Positions 63,302 through 64,000 of a stretch of 64,000 nucleotides of DNA are shown piece by piece. The notes beneath the pieces are model-generated. The model did no database searches. It was not told where the DNA came from and saw only the letters and a program-made list of their open reading frames with translations. Source of the stretch: Candidatus Cloacimonadales bacterium (GTDB lineage Bacteria; Cloacimonadota; Cloacimonadia; Cloacimonadales; JAIOQZ01). The stretch covers positions 576,001 to 640,000 of the forward strand of contig OY762463.1 in assembly GCA_963665815.1 (NCBI GenBank), read 5' to 3'. Within the stretch, counting starts at the first letter, position 1. The number at the start of each line of letters is the position of its first letter. The translations under genes were made by a program, and so were the position numbers.

Positions 63302-63470
63302 TATAAGACCCCTATGCTTATTTTAAGAATATTTTAATGATAATTACTCCTCTACTTATGTCAAACAATAAATTTAATTTACAAAAATTACTTACTTTTA
63401 AGTATATACATTTCACAATCTACTATATATCTTTGAAAATTATGTATTTTAATATTAAACATATATAATA

Positions 63471-63618
63471 GAGGCCTTTGCACAATTGGTGCAGTTGACT
63501 CGATTTCAGTGTCCATCAAAATCTGACTATAATAAGCTTTCCCTTAAATATTTCATTTTGATTTCAAAAATCTCGTCGATGCTTTTTAATCAGCTTGATT
63601 AGCTATTGAGCAAAGCTC
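63471..63618 (-). mobile_element. MITE family A copy (most complete)
   Basis: Ends GAGGCCTTTGCACAATTGGTGCAGTTGACTCGATTT ... GCTATTGAGCAAAGCTC, flanked by TAATA on both sides. Confidence 0.7.
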
Positions 63619-63725
63619 TAATATTCGTATATCAAACAGTATTTTAATTTGAGTTTACTATTGAATATTAGCAATGATTCGGATTTATTGTTGACATGTT
63701 CAAAGGTTAAATCAATATTAACAAT

Positions 63726-64000
63726 ATGGAAAAAAACGATATTCAAGCAGACATAGAAGAAATAACAAATCACAATACGGATTCGTTTATCAATTCTCTT
63801 TATTCCCTCCGCCATACATTACACATGAATGCAGAATTATCACACAGGGAGAAGAAGACTTCTGGTATACTGAAAGATTTTGTGAAATCATATAACCCTG
63901 ATGAGATTATTGATTTTGACTTTGGTTTTGCTATCATCTGGGATAGTGGAAAGCCCGGGAAGACATTAATGTTCAGAGCTGATATTGACGCTCTACCAAT
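63726..64000 (+). CDS. M20D-family amidohydrolase (3' end runs off the window)
   Basis: Manual translation: ...LRHTLHMNAELSHREKKT...GKTLMFRADIDALP. Confidence 0.85.
   Translation, partial: MEKNDIQADIEEITNHNTDSFINSLYSLRHTLHMNAELSHREKKTSGILKDFVKSYNPDEIIDFDFGFAIIWDSGKPGKTLMFRADIDALP

Noticed and set aside
63618-63815. 65-aa minus-strand ORF
   Set aside because: Overlaps the start of the plus-strand amidohydrolase; no recognisable features

Overview
AT-rich bacterial chromosomal segment, most genes on the minus strand. Several secreted proteins end in PNPFNP/FlgD-Ig domains and there is a PorU-like C25 peptidase, which suggests an FCB-group anaerobe, plausibly Cloacimonadota (inference only). 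The housekeeping backbone is gyrA/gyrB, rsmB, ruvA/ruvC, yebC, an EF-G paralogue, nusB, ribH, an amidase, iscS/iscU, glmS, a gcvT-like gene and valS. Accessory material is interleaved. (1) A compact three-gene RiPP-like operon: beta-propeller lipoprotein, 59-aa Cys-containing precursor (CTCTRAC) and a CcpM-like radical SAM/SPASM maturase. This is the best candidate for an undescribed system. (2) An orphan cI/cro-like switch with face-to-face promoters. (3) An unannotated 24-aa hydrophobic peptide gene with a structured 3' region. (4) A cobalamin riboswitch controlling a BtuG-like propeller that carries a secretion-type C-terminal domain. (5) A 5.5 x 166-bp tandem array built from a MITE that is also dispersed in the window, plus a second MITE type. 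(6) A 74-bp direct repeat flanking a cargo gene, a truncated Cap4/ABC-3C-like nuclease remnant, a dehydrogenase pseudogene, tandem paralogous lipoproteins, and an ECF sigma factor with a candidate target promoter. I recognised no rRNA, tRNA, CRISPR array, integrase or transposase. All product calls come from motif recognition by eye, not database searches.
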